A stretch of DNA of 64,000 nucleotides from an uncultured Acidimicrobiales bacterium (GCA_943788915.1 CALSSD010000005.1:124001-188000), one strand, 5' to 3'. Positions 39,690 through 50,132 are shown, numbered from the stretch's first letter. The notes: a model not told the origin generated them from the letters alone. Numbers and translations: made by a program.

Positions 39690-40810
39690 CGGTCGCAACT
39701 GCTCTCGTTCTTGACTCGCCCCGGTCGTTTGCACGCCGCCAATTCGACCTGCCCAATATTGGAGCGACGGACGGGTTGCTTCGCATCGAGGCCTGCGGGT
39801 TATGTGGGACCGACCATGAGCAATTTACCGGCCACCTCCCCCACCGGCATGCATTCATCCCTGGTCACGAGGTCGTCGGAATCGTCGAGGAACTGGGCGA
39901 GCAGGCTGCAGAACTCTGGGGCGTCTCCGTTGGTCAGCGAGTTGCCGTCGAGGTATTCCAATCATGCCGCCAGTGCGAACCGTGTCGCACAGGGATATAC
40001 CGGCGCTGCATTCGCAACGGTATGGCCACGATGATTGGCTTCACCGATGTTGACCAGCCGCCCGGCTTAGGCGGCGGCTACGCCACTCACCTGTACCTTG
40101 GCCCCGATTCGATGTTACTACCGGTACCCGACGCGCTCGACCCAGTAACCGCCACGCTCTTCAACCCGTTGGGTGCGGGAATCCGGTGGGGCGTAGAAGT
40201 GCCCGAAACCAAGCCGGGAGATGTCGTAGCAATCCTGGGTCCTGGCATACGTGGACTTTGCGCAGCAGCAGCAGCCAAGGACGCGGGCGCCGAGTTCGTG
40301 ATGATCACAGGCCTGGGCGAGCGAGACGCCGAGCGACTCGCTTTGGCCCCAGCCTTCGGTGTTGATCTGGCAGTCGACGTCGCTGAAACGGACCCCAACC
40401 AAGCCCTGCGGGCAGCGATTGGGACCAAGGCTGATGTCGTTGTTGATGTCACCGCCAAGGCACCCGCAGCGCTGGGGCAGGCCGTATCTCTCGCCCGACC
40501 CGGAGGAACAATCGTGCTCGCAGGAACCCGAGGATCACTGGAGACTCCCGGCTTCGATCCCGACCACATTGTCTACAAAGAGCTTCGTATCCTTGGTGCT
40601 CTGGGCGTCGACGTTGCCGCCTATCGCCAAGCACTTGATCTTCTCGTCACAGGGCGATACCCGTTCGCTGACCTACCACGCCAGATCGCAGGGTTCGACG
40701 ATCTTGAACCCCTTATCCAGGTCATGGCAGGCGATCGCCCCGGCACCCCACCGATCCATGGTGTTTTCGCTCCAGACGCCCGATCCAACAACAAAGGCCC
40801 CGCAACATGA
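39686..40810 (+). CDS. Zinc-binding alcohol dehydrogenase family protein
   Basis: CGLCGTD, GHE, CRQCEPC...C, GPGIRG. Confidence 0.9.
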   Translation: MTVATALVLDSPRSFARRQFDLPNIGATDGLLRIEACGLCGTDHEQFTGHLPHRHAFIPGHEVVGIVEELGEQAAELWGVSVGQRVAVEVFQSCRQCEPCRTGIYRRCIRNGMATMIGFTDVDQPPGLGGGYATHLYLGPDSMLLPVPDALDPVTATLFNPLGAGIRWGVEVPETKPGDVVAILGPGIRGLCAAAAAKDAGAEFVMITGLGERDAERLALAPAFGVDLAVDVAETDPNQALRAAIGTKADVVVDVTAKAPAALGQAVSLARPGGTIVLAGTRGSLETPGFDPDHIVYKELRILGALGVDVAAYRQALDLLVTGRYPFADLPRQIAGFDDLEPLIQVMAGDRPGTPPIHGVFAPDARSNNKGPAT

Positions 40811-41244
40811 TCCGCCCCACATTCGACACGTTCAACCAGGAGTGGGCCGACAAAGTGATCGGCCGAGTCTCAAGGAGCGGGATCGACAGCTATCTCGGAC
40901 TCAAAGTCACCGGGGTGGAACCGGGCCGACTGGTGTGTGAGATGCCGGTTACCGAGGAACTCATAACCAACATGGGGAACATGCATGGCGGCTGTCTGTC
41001 CGCGTTGTGTGATCATGCACTTGGCGTTGTCATGTACCCCGTGATGCCGGTCGGATACTGGGCGGCCACAACCGAGTTCAAGACCAACCTGCTTGCCCCG
41101 GTTACTGGCGGCACATGTGTTGCGACTGCCGAGATCATTTCGATGTCTAAACGAATGGCTGTCATCCGTATCGACATCGAGAACGAAGGCCGCCTCGTGA
41201 TGGCAGCGCAGGGCACCTGCACCATCGTTGCCCCCAAAAAATAA
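40807..41244 (+). CDS. PaaI family thioesterase
   Basis: GNMHGG...CDH. Confidence 0.85.
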   Translation: MIRPTFDTFNQEWADKVIGRVSRSGIDSYLGLKVTGVEPGRLVCEMPVTEELITNMGNMHGGCLSALCDHALGVVMYPVMPVGYWAATTEFKTNLLAPVTGGTCVATAEIISMSKRMAVIRIDIENEGRLVMAAQGTCTIVAPKK

Positions 41245-41265
41245 CCGCAACACGAAGGAACCAAC

Positions 41266-42177
41266 ATGCCCAAAGCCGCTCAAACCACAGCCCAAACCAT
41301 GCCGGTCTCGGCAGATCTGGTTGGAACCACGCTTCCCGACATCACCTGGTCCTGGGGATGGCGTGACGCCGTCCTCTACGCCTTGGGTGTCGGTGCCCGT
41401 CCAGGCGACGGAGCGCTGGTCAACCCAGACGCCGACGAAGGCGACCTCGACTTCATTCTCGAACGACGGGGACCCAAGGTACTCCCGACACTGGCCGTCA
41501 TCCCCGGGATGGCCGCGCTCAGCGAAGTCAGCAAGGTTGTCGATCTCGACATCTCCCGGATGCTCCATGGCGAGCAGGGCATCACGCTGCACCGACCGTT
41601 CCCGGCCTCGGGTCAGGTGACGGTCAGAGGACGCATTGTTGATGTGTGGGACAAGGGCACGGCCGCGGTCATCGGCGTCGAATCCGAACTCATCGACGAC
41701 GACGGCCCAATCGCAACGACCTACGCATCGATGTTCGCCAAGGGTTATGGCGGATTCGGCGGCGAACGAGGCCCCGATACACGATCTGTCCACCAACCTC
41801 CCGATCGTGATCCGGATCACGTGTTGACCGACGATGTGCGACCTGAACAGGCAGCCCTCTACCGGCTATCCGGTGATCGGGTCATGCTTCACATCGACCC
41901 GCAGTTTGCTCGTAAGGCCGGTTATCCAGGTCCGTTCCTGCATGGGCTGTGCACGTACGGATTCGCAGGTCGAGCGGTGTTGCGCGCCCTCTGTGACAAC
42001 GAACCTGAACGGTTGCTGTCGATGACCGGCCGGTTCGCCGACCTGGTGTGGATGAACGACCGCATCATCACCAAGATTTGGGAACTCGGCGACGGAAACG
42101 CCATATTTCAGGCGGAGACTCAGAACGGCGCGATCGTTCTCTCCAACGCTCATGTCCATTACAAGGCCGCTAGCTGA
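41266..42177 (+). CDS. MaoC-type (R)-specific enoyl-CoA hydratase, double hot-dog fold
   Basis: LYALGVG, LHGEQ, YRLSGDRVMLHIDP, LHGLCTYG. Confidence 0.9.
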   Translation: MPKAAQTTAQTMPVSADLVGTTLPDITWSWGWRDAVLYALGVGARPGDGALVNPDADEGDLDFILERRGPKVLPTLAVIPGMAALSEVSKVVDLDISRMLHGEQGITLHRPFPASGQVTVRGRIVDVWDKGTAAVIGVESELIDDDGPIATTYASMFAKGYGGFGGERGPDTRSVHQPPDRDPDHVLTDDVRPEQAALYRLSGDRVMLHIDPQFARKAGYPGPFLHGLCTYGFAGRAVLRALCDNEPERLLSMTGRFADLVWMNDRIITKIWELGDGNAIFQAETQNGAIVLSNAHVHYKAAS

Positions 42178-42183
42178 TGGGAA

Positions 42184-42625
42184 CTACGAGCTACCAACCG
42201 CCCATTGCAACAGGGTGAACACTGGGTCATTGTCGAGGTGGTGTTCGAAGACCCCGGTGACGGGCGCACCGATGTCGAGCGACTGGTGAGGGTCACCGAT
42301 GAGGTTGCCGACCAGTCGCACGTTGTCGGCGTGCGGCAGTTCCACAAGCACGATGACGAACGGCCCGTGCTCCTTTCAGCGCCGGATGCACCGGGTGCCA
42401 CACCCGTTGATGGCTGTAGATGATTCCTGTCGCTTCGGTCTCTTCGAACGTGAGATCGAACGAGCGGCACCGATGGCAGACCCATTCAGCACCCCATTGC
42501 CACCGTTCACACGACTGGCACCGCTGCAGCAGCAGCTTGTCGTTGGCCAGGCCGTCCCAAAAAGGTGCGTCGAGACCGTCGCGAGCTGCGACCGGGGCTG
42601 GCAGTCCAGGTGAGAGATAACTCAT
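42184..42625 (-). CDS. DUF35 zinc-ribbon/OB-fold protein; frameshift at 42374-42376
   Basis: PFWDGL...QRCQSC...CHRC; after removing one base it continues KEHGPFIVVLVELP..DNVRLVGNL...FEHH..LLQW. Confidence 0.85.
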
Positions 42626-43809
42626 AACGAAGCCTCGCTTCCAAAGATGCAGCTACTGACCGGTGTGACCATGGGTCCGGCGATCATCATCGACACGTCG
42701 ACGCCATCACGGCGCACCTGATTGGTCGATGTGCCACGAATCTGGCGGATGGCTTCGATAGTCAGCCCCAAACCGTGCATGTATGCCTCGGCCAAATTGC
42801 CGCCGCTGGTGTTCAGCGGGAAGTCGCCGTCGGGGGTGACCAGGTTGTCGAATGTGAAGAAGTCGTTCACCTGATCCGGCGTGCAGAAGCCATGTTCGAC
42901 CAGCGCCATCATGACGCCACCGGTGAAGTTCTCGTAGCTCTGCACAACATCGACGTCGCCCGGTGTGACCTTGGCCATGTCGTAGAGCCGAGGTGCGACC
43001 GTCTCGAATGTTGATGTCGCATAGTGAGCGTCGTTATGGACCCCGGCCGCAGCCCGGTGGTGAGAACCTGCAACTGCGCCAAGCACATAACACGGGCGAT
43101 GTGAGAAGTCAGCCGCTCGTTCCGCTGGCACCAAGATGATGGCCGCGGCGCCGTCGTTCTCTAGGCAACAGTCATAGAGATGGAAGGGTTCGGTGATCCA
43201 CCGACTGCTGTCGTATTTCTCTTCGGTCAACGGGTTGCCGTGCATGGTGGCCGCAGGGTTGTTCTGGGCATGGTGATACGACGCCAGTGAGATCGCCCGC
43301 AGCGCCTCCTGACGGACGCCGTGTTCGTGCATGAACCGAGTGACTCGCATGGCAAACATCTGTGCCGGCGACATCAGGCCATACGGCACCGTGTGAGCTG
43401 CTGACCCGCTGATCGTGGTTCGTCGAGGACCCTGACCGAATCGGCCAAACTGCCCCTGGGCCAGCGCCCGGAACACGACAACACACTCGGCTTGTCCGGT
43501 GGCGATCGCTCCGGCTGCATTGGCAACGGCCGCCGCAGCGCCTCCGCCTCCGCCACCCCATTGCATGACCGCTAGCCGCAGATCGTCGATGCCGAGCGCA
43601 GCCGACATGCGCGATGCCTCGCTGCGATCGTTGCTGTACGACGAGAAGCCATCGATCTCAGTTGGCGAGATACCGGCGTCGTCGCACGCGTTCAAGATGG
43701 CCTGTATCGCCAACTTGAATTCAGGATCGGGGGCCTGGCCCCACTTGTAGTATTCGGTCTGGCCGACGCCAGCCACCGCAACCTGGCCCCGCAAGGTTCT
43801 GCTACTCAT
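42622..43809 (-). CDS. Thiolase-like protein (SCP2/Ltp2-type)
   Basis: VAGVGQT, YDCCLENDGA, YENFT, NTSGGNLAEAYMHG; no Cys at the thiolase nucleophile position (QWGGGGGGA). Confidence 0.85.
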   Translation of the reverse strand: MSSRTLRGQVAVAGVGQTEYYKWGQAPDPEFKLAIQAILNACDDAGISPTEIDGFSSYSNDRSEASRMSAALGIDDLRLAVMQWGGGGGGAAAAVANAAGAIATGQAECVVVFRALAQGQFGRFGQGPRRTTISGSAAHTVPYGLMSPAQMFAMRVTRFMHEHGVRQEALRAISLASYHHAQNNPAATMHGNPLTEEKYDSSRWITEPFHLYDCCLENDGAAAIILVPAERAADFSHRPCYVLGAVAGSHHRAAAGVHNDAHYATSTFETVAPRLYDMAKVTPGDVDVVQSYENFTGGVMMALVEHGFCTPDQVNDFFTFDNLVTPDGDFPLNTSGGNLAEAYMHGLGLTIEAIRQIRGTSTNQVRRDGVDVSMMIAGPMVTPVSSCIFGSEASL

Positions 43810-43863
43810 AATGTCCGTGTTCTTCCCATCTCTACTAACCGCATCTCCTCGTAACCCAGTCTC

Positions 43864-46263
43864 TTAGTAACCGAGCACGTTCTGGCTCCGCAGATCACTG
43901 ATCACCTGGGGATCACACCCGGCGAGTTCGCTGACGATCTCATCGGTGTGTTCGCCCATCAGCGGGGATCGCAGAACCGCCGGCCTTCGGCCATCGGGGG
44001 TCACGACAGGCAGACCAGTCATGGCCAGGCGACCAGCAGCCGGATGATCTACTTCGGCAAAAATGCCGCCACGCTCGTTGCCCGGCCCCGACGCCATGTG
44101 ATTGCTGTTCACCACACGAGATGAGGGAACGCCACTCGCTCGCAACGCTGCTTCGACATCATCGATCGCGAACGCCTCGCTCCACTCGCCAAGTCGGGCG
44201 TCGAGATCGGGCGCTGATAGCCGGCCTGCATTCGTCTCGAGCGCTGCATCGTGCACCCATGGTTCATCGATCAACGCTGCCAACGATCGCCACTGCTCAT
44301 CGGTGTCGGCCGCAAGCGTGATCCATTCGTCGTCGAGGCACGGGTAACAACCGTAAGGAGCCACGTCGAGGCTCACGTTCCCATCCGGTGGCAGGTCTTC
44401 GGCAGTGAACTGTTGGCTCAAGAACCGGTCAGCGATCAAATACGCCGGCGCTTCGACTTGGGCTGCCTCGATCGAACATCCGCCGCCACCTTGGTCGCGT
44501 CGACGCAGCGCAGCAAGTAACGCCACGTATGCCTGTTTGCCTGCAACATGGTCGGGGTGCGGAATGCTGCCTCCGACTGGCACCTCATCGGTTGGGTGCG
44601 CCCATTGCGATGCGGCTCCGCAGTACGCGCTCAGGTTGGGGCCAAAACTTTGGTAGTGGCCGTAGGGGCCGCGTCCGAACCCTTGGCTCGACAGTGAGAT
44701 GACATCGGGCTGGATCTCTCGACACGCGTCGTAATCGAACCCCCAATTCTCGACGACCGGGGCCCGCATGTTTTCGACAACCGCATCACACGTAGGCAGT
44801 AACTTGCGCACGATCTGGGTCGCTTCGTGTTGGCGCATATCGATCGTGAGACTGCGCACGCCCAGGTTCAGCTGATTAAAGGTCGCTGATGCGTCGAGAT
44901 CACCGTCGATCCCGCCTCGGCGCAAGAAGTCAGGGTTCACCATGGACTCGACCCGCAGAACGTCACAGCCCAATAGGGCGAAGTCCATGCACGCTTCGGG
45001 CACCACCGCACCGCTACCGAGCTGCAGCAGTCGAAGGTCAGCGAGTGGACGAAGCGGATCGACCTGGTCGCCGGTCGGTGATAACTCATACGCCGGTTCG
45101 GCGACGATGTCTCGGGCCCGGCCGTTCCCAGAGCCGAGCGCCGGTGCCGGAAGATATTCCGGCGTGAGTGATGACGGTTCAGCGATCATTGGAGCCCGCA
45201 TCATTTCGAGAGGCCCGAAGTCAGGATCTTCGACGGCGATAAACAAGCCACGGGACTCGGCGTGAGCGTCGTCGCGAAACTGGCGCAACGTGTTCAACGG
45301 TGTGATTGTCAGCCCAAGTTTCTGGCCACGATGGAACAGTTCTTCGGTCGACCGGTCGTTCAGGTACTCGCCACACATCATGTAGAACGCGTCGATGTTG
45401 TCTCGGCGGAAGGCGGGGTCGGCCCAGACCCCTTCACACAGATCAGCCGGGCGACCCATAAGTTCGAGCAAGGCCCCAAGTTGGCGGGGCGTGGCGATAA
45501 CGATCTTGATGAACCCATCGGTCGTCGCAAAGACCGGATAGGGGCCGAAGCCTTGTCGTCCGGGGTTCACTCCCTGACCAGCCACGTTCACGCCCGCGGC
45601 GTGAAGGTGGCGACTCCACGGGGCGATCGTGCGAATGGCAGCCTCGTTGTACGGGATCTCATAGTCGAGTCGCACACCGTGGCGGTTTGCGACAAACAAC
45701 CCGACGGCGCCCATCATCGCTGCATAGATCGAGGCGCCATCGGCCGCCATCCACGATGCTGCGTTGACCGGCGGTTGGCCAGGCCATCCGCTGCACGCCA
45801 TGCCACCACTTGCGGCGAAACCCACAATCGAGGAAGTTCCCAGACCGTACTCATCGGTCAGGGTCACCCTCGACGCGTCGCCGGTCATCGTTGCGATTGC
45901 GGAATGGAACACGGAGCTGTCCGCGTCGATGATCAGATGGCTCCGCACCACCAAGTCGGCCAGCAGTGCCAGGTCGCCGGCATCGTTCGGATCGATGACG
46001 ACGCTGTGTTTGTTGGCATTACGGGCCAAGAACGCGATGCTGCCCCGGTCGTTGTCATCGGCGTTTGGCAAGCGTGGCAACCGATGCCGGGTGAGAGCGC
46101 CACCAGGAGGTTCGATCAACAACACCTCGGCACCAAGACCAGCAAAAAGTCGGCCGGCATGTTCGGTCAGCGGATGTGCAATCTCAAGAATCCGCACACC
46201 ATCAAGCAGTGAGGTCGCTGGTGTTGTTGCCTCAGATGGTGTTGCGTCTGGAGTAGTGGTCAC
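43864..46263 (-). CDS. Double-domain family III CoA-transferase
   Basis: LLDGVRILE...NANKHS and PLADLRLL...VENMR...HPDHVAG. Confidence 0.9.
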   Translation of the reverse strand: MTTTPDATPSEATTPATSLLDGVRILEIAHPLTEHAGRLFAGLGAEVLLIEPPGGALTRHRLPRLPNADDNDRGSIAFLARNANKHSVVIDPNDAGDLALLADLVVRSHLIIDADSSVFHSAIATMTGDASRVTLTDEYGLGTSSIVGFAASGGMACSGWPGQPPVNAASWMAADGASIYAAMMGAVGLFVANRHGVRLDYEIPYNEAAIRTIAPWSRHLHAAGVNVAGQGVNPGRQGFGPYPVFATTDGFIKIVIATPRQLGALLELMGRPADLCEGVWADPAFRRDNIDAFYMMCGEYLNDRSTEELFHRGQKLGLTITPLNTLRQFRDDAHAESRGLFIAVEDPDFGPLEMMRAPMIAEPSSLTPEYLPAPALGSGNGRARDIVAEPAYELSPTGDQVDPLRPLADLRLLQLGSGAVVPEACMDFALLGCDVLRVESMVNPDFLRRGGIDGDLDASATFNQLNLGVRSLTIDMRQHEATQIVRKLLPTCDAVVENMRAPVVENWGFDYDACREIQPDVISLSSQGFGRGPYGHYQSFGPNLSAYCGAASQWAHPTDEVPVGGSIPHPDHVAGKQAYVALLAALRRRDQGGGGCSIEAAQVEAPAYLIADRFLSQQFTAEDLPPDGNVSLDVAPYGCYPCLDDEWITLAADTDEQWRSLAALIDEPWVHDAALETNAGRLSAPDLDARLGEWSEAFAIDDVEAALRASGVPSSRVVNSNHMASGPGNERGGIFAEVDHPAAGRLAMTGLPVVTPDGRRPAVLRSPLMGEHTDEIVSELAGCDPQVISDLRSQNVLGY

Positions 46264-47501
46264 ATCGAAGCCGCGACATGTGCCGCGTCGTCGTGATTCT
46301 GGAACCGATCAGGCACAGGGAACTTGAAGACACGCGCTGCATTCAGGCCAAGGATCTTCGCCCGTTCGCCATCGGTGAGATCGCCCATTGTGCGCTCGAT
46401 GGCTTCGGCACTGTGGGGCCAGCTTCCTTCGTGATGGGGATAATCGTTGGCCCACATGAAGTTGTCGATCAGGTCGTGCTCTCGAGCGAGTGCGAGCCCG
46501 GCTCGGTCGTCTTGGAACGTAGCGAAACCCTGGCGCCGGAAGTACTCGCTGGGCAGGAGTTCAAGTTTCGGGCGCACGAACATGTGGTGCTTGAGATACC
46601 CCTCGTCCATAGCGTCGAGCGCCCACGGCACCCACCCAATACCAGCCTCGACCGTGCCAAACTTCAGCGTCGGGTGGGCCTCGGCGACCCCAGAGGCACA
46701 CAGGTTGGCCAGCGGTTCCACCGTCTGTGACAACGAGTGCACCGCATAGTTGATCACGGCACCGCCTCGGCTACGTGACGTACGGGGATCACGGCCTGTG
46801 GAGATATGGAAGGTGATCGGCAGGTCGACATCAACGATGCAGTCCCACAGCGGGTCGAACTCTTTGAGGTTGTAGTTGGTGTCGTCGACGTCGGGCGGAC
46901 CCCATTGTGGTTTACACGGCAGGCTTAGGCCTCGAAACCCAAGAGCGGCACATCGCTGGATCTCCGCGAGTGTCTCATCGAGCGCCGCTGGCGCCAGGCA
47001 AGCCATGGGAGCAAGACGATCGTTGTAATCACTGAACGTCTCCCACGCCCAGTCGTTGAACGCTCGACACATGGCGTGGGAGAACAACGGGTCCCGGGTA
47101 GCCCACATGGTGAGCCCCTTGTTGGGAAACATGATCTCGGCATCGACCCCGTCAGCGCGCAAGTCAGCGATGCGGCCTTCCGGCAACTTTCCCGACTTAT
47201 TGCGCAGCAAGTCTTCGCCCTGGAAGTCAATCTTCTTCAGCTTCAACGGCTCACGAAATCCCTCGGTCTTCTGGAATTTTTCGCCGTTCGGTTTCTCGAC
47301 AACTCCAGGGAGTCGGTCTCGATACTTCTCGGCGACCCGTGTACTCCACAGATCATTGGGCTCAATCACGTGACCATCGGTCGACACCATGAAGTACTTG
47401 TCGGTGGCGTCGGGCCGGGCCGAACGAGTCCAACCTTCGTTGCCGGGTGTTGTTAGTCGCCAAGCGTTGTGAGCATCTGGCTCGGGAATTACCGTTGTCA
47501 T
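46260..47501 (-). CDS. Amidohydrolase family protein (amidohydro_2)
   Basis: STDGHVIEP, FHI, VEAGIGW, WANDYPHHEGSWP. Confidence 0.9.
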   Translation of the reverse strand: MTTVIPEPDAHNAWRLTTPGNEGWTRSARPDATDKYFMVSTDGHVIEPNDLWSTRVAEKYRDRLPGVVEKPNGEKFQKTEGFREPLKLKKIDFQGEDLLRNKSGKLPEGRIADLRADGVDAEIMFPNKGLTMWATRDPLFSHAMCRAFNDWAWETFSDYNDRLAPMACLAPAALDETLAEIQRCAALGFRGLSLPCKPQWGPPDVDDTNYNLKEFDPLWDCIVDVDLPITFHISTGRDPRTSRSRGGAVINYAVHSLSQTVEPLANLCASGVAEAHPTLKFGTVEAGIGWVPWALDAMDEGYLKHHMFVRPKLELLPSEYFRRQGFATFQDDRAGLALAREHDLIDNFMWANDYPHHEGSWPHSAEAIERTMGDLTDGERAKILGLNAARVFKFPVPDRFQNHDDAAHVAASM

Positions 47502-47617
47502 CGCGTCCCCCTGCGTGATTCGGTTGCCTAAAGCGACCTTACAAACTGCTGCGCCCGCCATCCGCATTCCAGGCCAGCAGCGCTCGAGGCCAGGCCGGCC
47601 TCACCTGGCGACCACTG

Positions 47618-48523
47618 CTAGCGCCGATGGGTTTCGGCCAGTGCCTCGATGTGATTCGGCATGATTCCACAGCAACCGCCGATGATGGTCGCACCAGCGT
47701 CGATCCATCGCTGTGCCGTCGCCACATACGCGTCTGCCGTCAGATCGTCGCGAAGCTTCAGGACCACAGAGTTCGACGAGTAGCCCTCTTCCTTTTCTTC
47801 GAACGCGTTGGCGTATGCACCAATCGGAATCGCATCGTCACCTAAGGCTTCGACCAACTGCTTGATCGCCGGTTCGAAGCGCTCGGGCTCAGAGCAGTTG
47901 AACAGGACGGCGTCGACCTGGCCTCGCACGGCATCTGCCATGTCTGCAATCGACTCGCCCGATCGGAGTTCGCACCATGTCGACGGGTCGGCATCGGCCG
48001 GAAGCGAGTCAGACAACGTGAATGACACCCACAACGGTTCGGGCCGATCGGCAAGCACGGCTGCAACCGACCGATACTCCTCAACAGAGCTGATCGTCTC
48101 GGCCAGCCACAGGTCGACCTTCCCCGCCTGGGCTTTCACGAGGACATCCCACAGCGCAGGGGCGTCGTCGGGTCGAAAGTTCCACGGTTCATAGGAACCA
48201 AACAGCGGCGGTATCGACCCTGCAACCTGGATCGGACGTTCGGAGGCATCGGCGACATCTCGGGCAATATCGGCTGCGAGCGCCGCCAGCTCGGCACCCC
48301 GGGCGGCGAAGAGATCCGGGCCGAGGTGGTACGGGACGACCGCATACGTGTTGGCGATGATCAGCTCCGCACCAGCATCGACGAAGTTCTGATGCGCCTG
48401 ACGGACGAAGTCAGGATCTTCAATGAGCGCAAGCGCTGACCATTCAGGTTGACCAAACGGCGCGCCGATGCGCTGCAGTTCCTTCCCCATGCCGCCGTCG
48501 ATCACGGTTATCCCTTTGGTCAT
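47618..48523 (-). CDS. Homocysteine S-methyltransferase family protein
   Basis: IDGGMGKEL, FNCS, IIGGCCGI. Confidence 0.92.
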   Translation of the reverse strand: MTKGITVIDGGMGKELQRIGAPFGQPEWSALALIEDPDFVRQAHQNFVDAGAELIIANTYAVVPYHLGPDLFAARGAELAALAADIARDVADASERPIQVAGSIPPLFGSYEPWNFRPDDAPALWDVLVKAQAGKVDLWLAETISSVEEYRSVAAVLADRPEPLWVSFTLSDSLPADADPSTWCELRSGESIADMADAVRGQVDAVLFNCSEPERFEPAIKQLVEALGDDAIPIGAYANAFEEKEEGYSSNSVVLKLRDDLTADAYVATAQRWIDAGATIIGGCCGIMPNHIEALAETHRR

Positions 48524-48560
48524 CCCGGGATCGTAGATCCTCCCACAGCACCTTCGTTGT

Positions 48561-49775
48561 TCAGATCACGCCCTGCTCAGCGAGCGCATCGATCTCCGTC
48601 GACGAGTAACCGAGCTCGGCAAGAATCTCGCGGCGGTGTTCGCTCAGAGCAGATGGGCGGTGGGGTTCGACCTGCGGGGCACCTGAAACCTTGACCGGAT
48701 GGTTGATCATCCACGGTGAGCCGAACCCGTCGCCCGGCTCCGCAGCCATGGCGTTGATTCGAACCTGTTCATCCACTGCTGTCTCTTCCACGGTGGCGAC
48801 CAGGTTGACTGGCAGATCGTGTCCCGCGAGTTCACTCAGCCATTCGGTCGCGGTCTTGGTGCCAATGATCTGCTGGATCTCGTCGCCAAATGGCTCGCGA
48901 GCTGGGCCGAACATTGTCTCGATGTCAGGGAAACGAGGATCTCCGAGTAGTTCGACCGCGCCGAGTGCGATAAGCAGTTGCGTCAGCATCTCGTCGCTGC
49001 GGATCATGTTGAGCTGTAACCACCTGCCGTCGGCCGTCTTGTAGAGCCGGAGCATCGGCGAGGAGATCCGATTCCTCTCCCGGTACACCGCCATGTCGGC
49101 GCCAGCCATTACTCCTTGGGCAATGCCAGCTACTGACCACAGCCCGTTCGCCAGCAGGGATGTGTGCACGAACGAACCCTCGCCGGTCCGTTCCCGGTGC
49201 AGAAGCGCAGTGACGATTCCGGCATAGAGCGACACGGCAGTTGGATGGTCACCCATGCCAGGAAGCCCCTGAGTCGGCACAGTTCCTGGTTCGCGCATCA
49301 GGTCCATCAGCCCGCTACGAGCCCAGTAGGCCAGTTGGTCGAATCCCTTGCGGTCTCGTTCGGGGCCCTCCTCCCCGTATGCGGTCAGCGACCCGTAAAT
49401 CATCGTCGGGTTGATTTCCCGAACAACGTCATAGGTCAAGCCGAGTGTTTCTCGCACCGGGTAGGGGTAGTTGGTGATGAAGACATCTGCATCGCCGATC
49501 AGTCGGTGCATTACCTCGCGCCCCTCAGTCGACTTCATGTCGAGTACGAGGCCTCGTTTGTTCCGTCCGTGTAGCTCCCAGAACCAATCAGGATCGGCGT
49601 CCGGCGTGGTGTCGATGCCCGACAAGGTACGCAGCATGTCGCCACCGTCGGGTTGCTCGACCTTAATAACGTCGGCGCCGAAGTCGGCCAACATCGTGGC
49701 CGCCGCCGGCGCTGCAATCACCGTCGCACAATCGATGACTTTCAGACCAGATAAGAGATACGAACTCACCGACAT
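48561..49775 (-). CDS. Family III CoA-transferase (CaiB/BaiF)
   Basis: LSGLKVIDC, GRNKRG, PGMGDH. Confidence 0.92.
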   Translation of the reverse strand: MSVSSYLLSGLKVIDCATVIAAPAAATMLADFGADVIKVEQPDGGDMLRTLSGIDTTPDADPDWFWELHGRNKRGLVLDMKSTEGREVMHRLIGDADVFITNYPYPVRETLGLTYDVVREINPTMIYGSLTAYGEEGPERDRKGFDQLAYWARSGLMDLMREPGTVPTQGLPGMGDHPTAVSLYAGIVTALLHRERTGEGSFVHTSLLANGLWSVAGIAQGVMAGADMAVYRERNRISSPMLRLYKTADGRWLQLNMIRSDEMLTQLLIALGAVELLGDPRFPDIETMFGPAREPFGDEIQQIIGTKTATEWLSELAGHDLPVNLVATVEETAVDEQVRINAMAAEPGDGFGSPWMINHPVKVSGAPQVEPHRPSALSEHRREILAELGYSSTEIDALAEQGVI

Positions 49776-50024
49776 GTCATAGCAGCCACCGAACCTGTCG
49801 CAGCCATCGGCAGAGACGGACACCTACTCGCCGGCCTTGCCAAAACTATGTGGGGGTCGACGCTTTTGCGCTTGCGGCCGTGCGAGACGAGGGCGGCACC
49901 GAAAGGTCGGCCGTGTCCGAACCCAAATCGATGTCGACGCCATGATCAGTCGGCGCCAGACCGACCCTGTACAGGCACACCGACCAGCTAGTGCCGGGCC
50001 AAACGCTTCAGTAACCTTTCCGCC

Positions 50025-50132
50025 ATGACCGAGTTCGTTCGTACCGGCGATACCCACTTCGATGCCAGCCACTCTCTACAGAACACCCTTGGCCCTGCGG
50101 TGGTCGACCCCATGCTGAAGCGGATCGGCTAG
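50025..50132 (+). pseudogene. Internally deleted haloalkane dehalogenase-like remnant
   Basis: MTEFVRTGDTHFD (N-terminus-like) joined directly to ASHSLQNTLGPAVVDPML (C-terminus-like). Confidence 0.45.
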
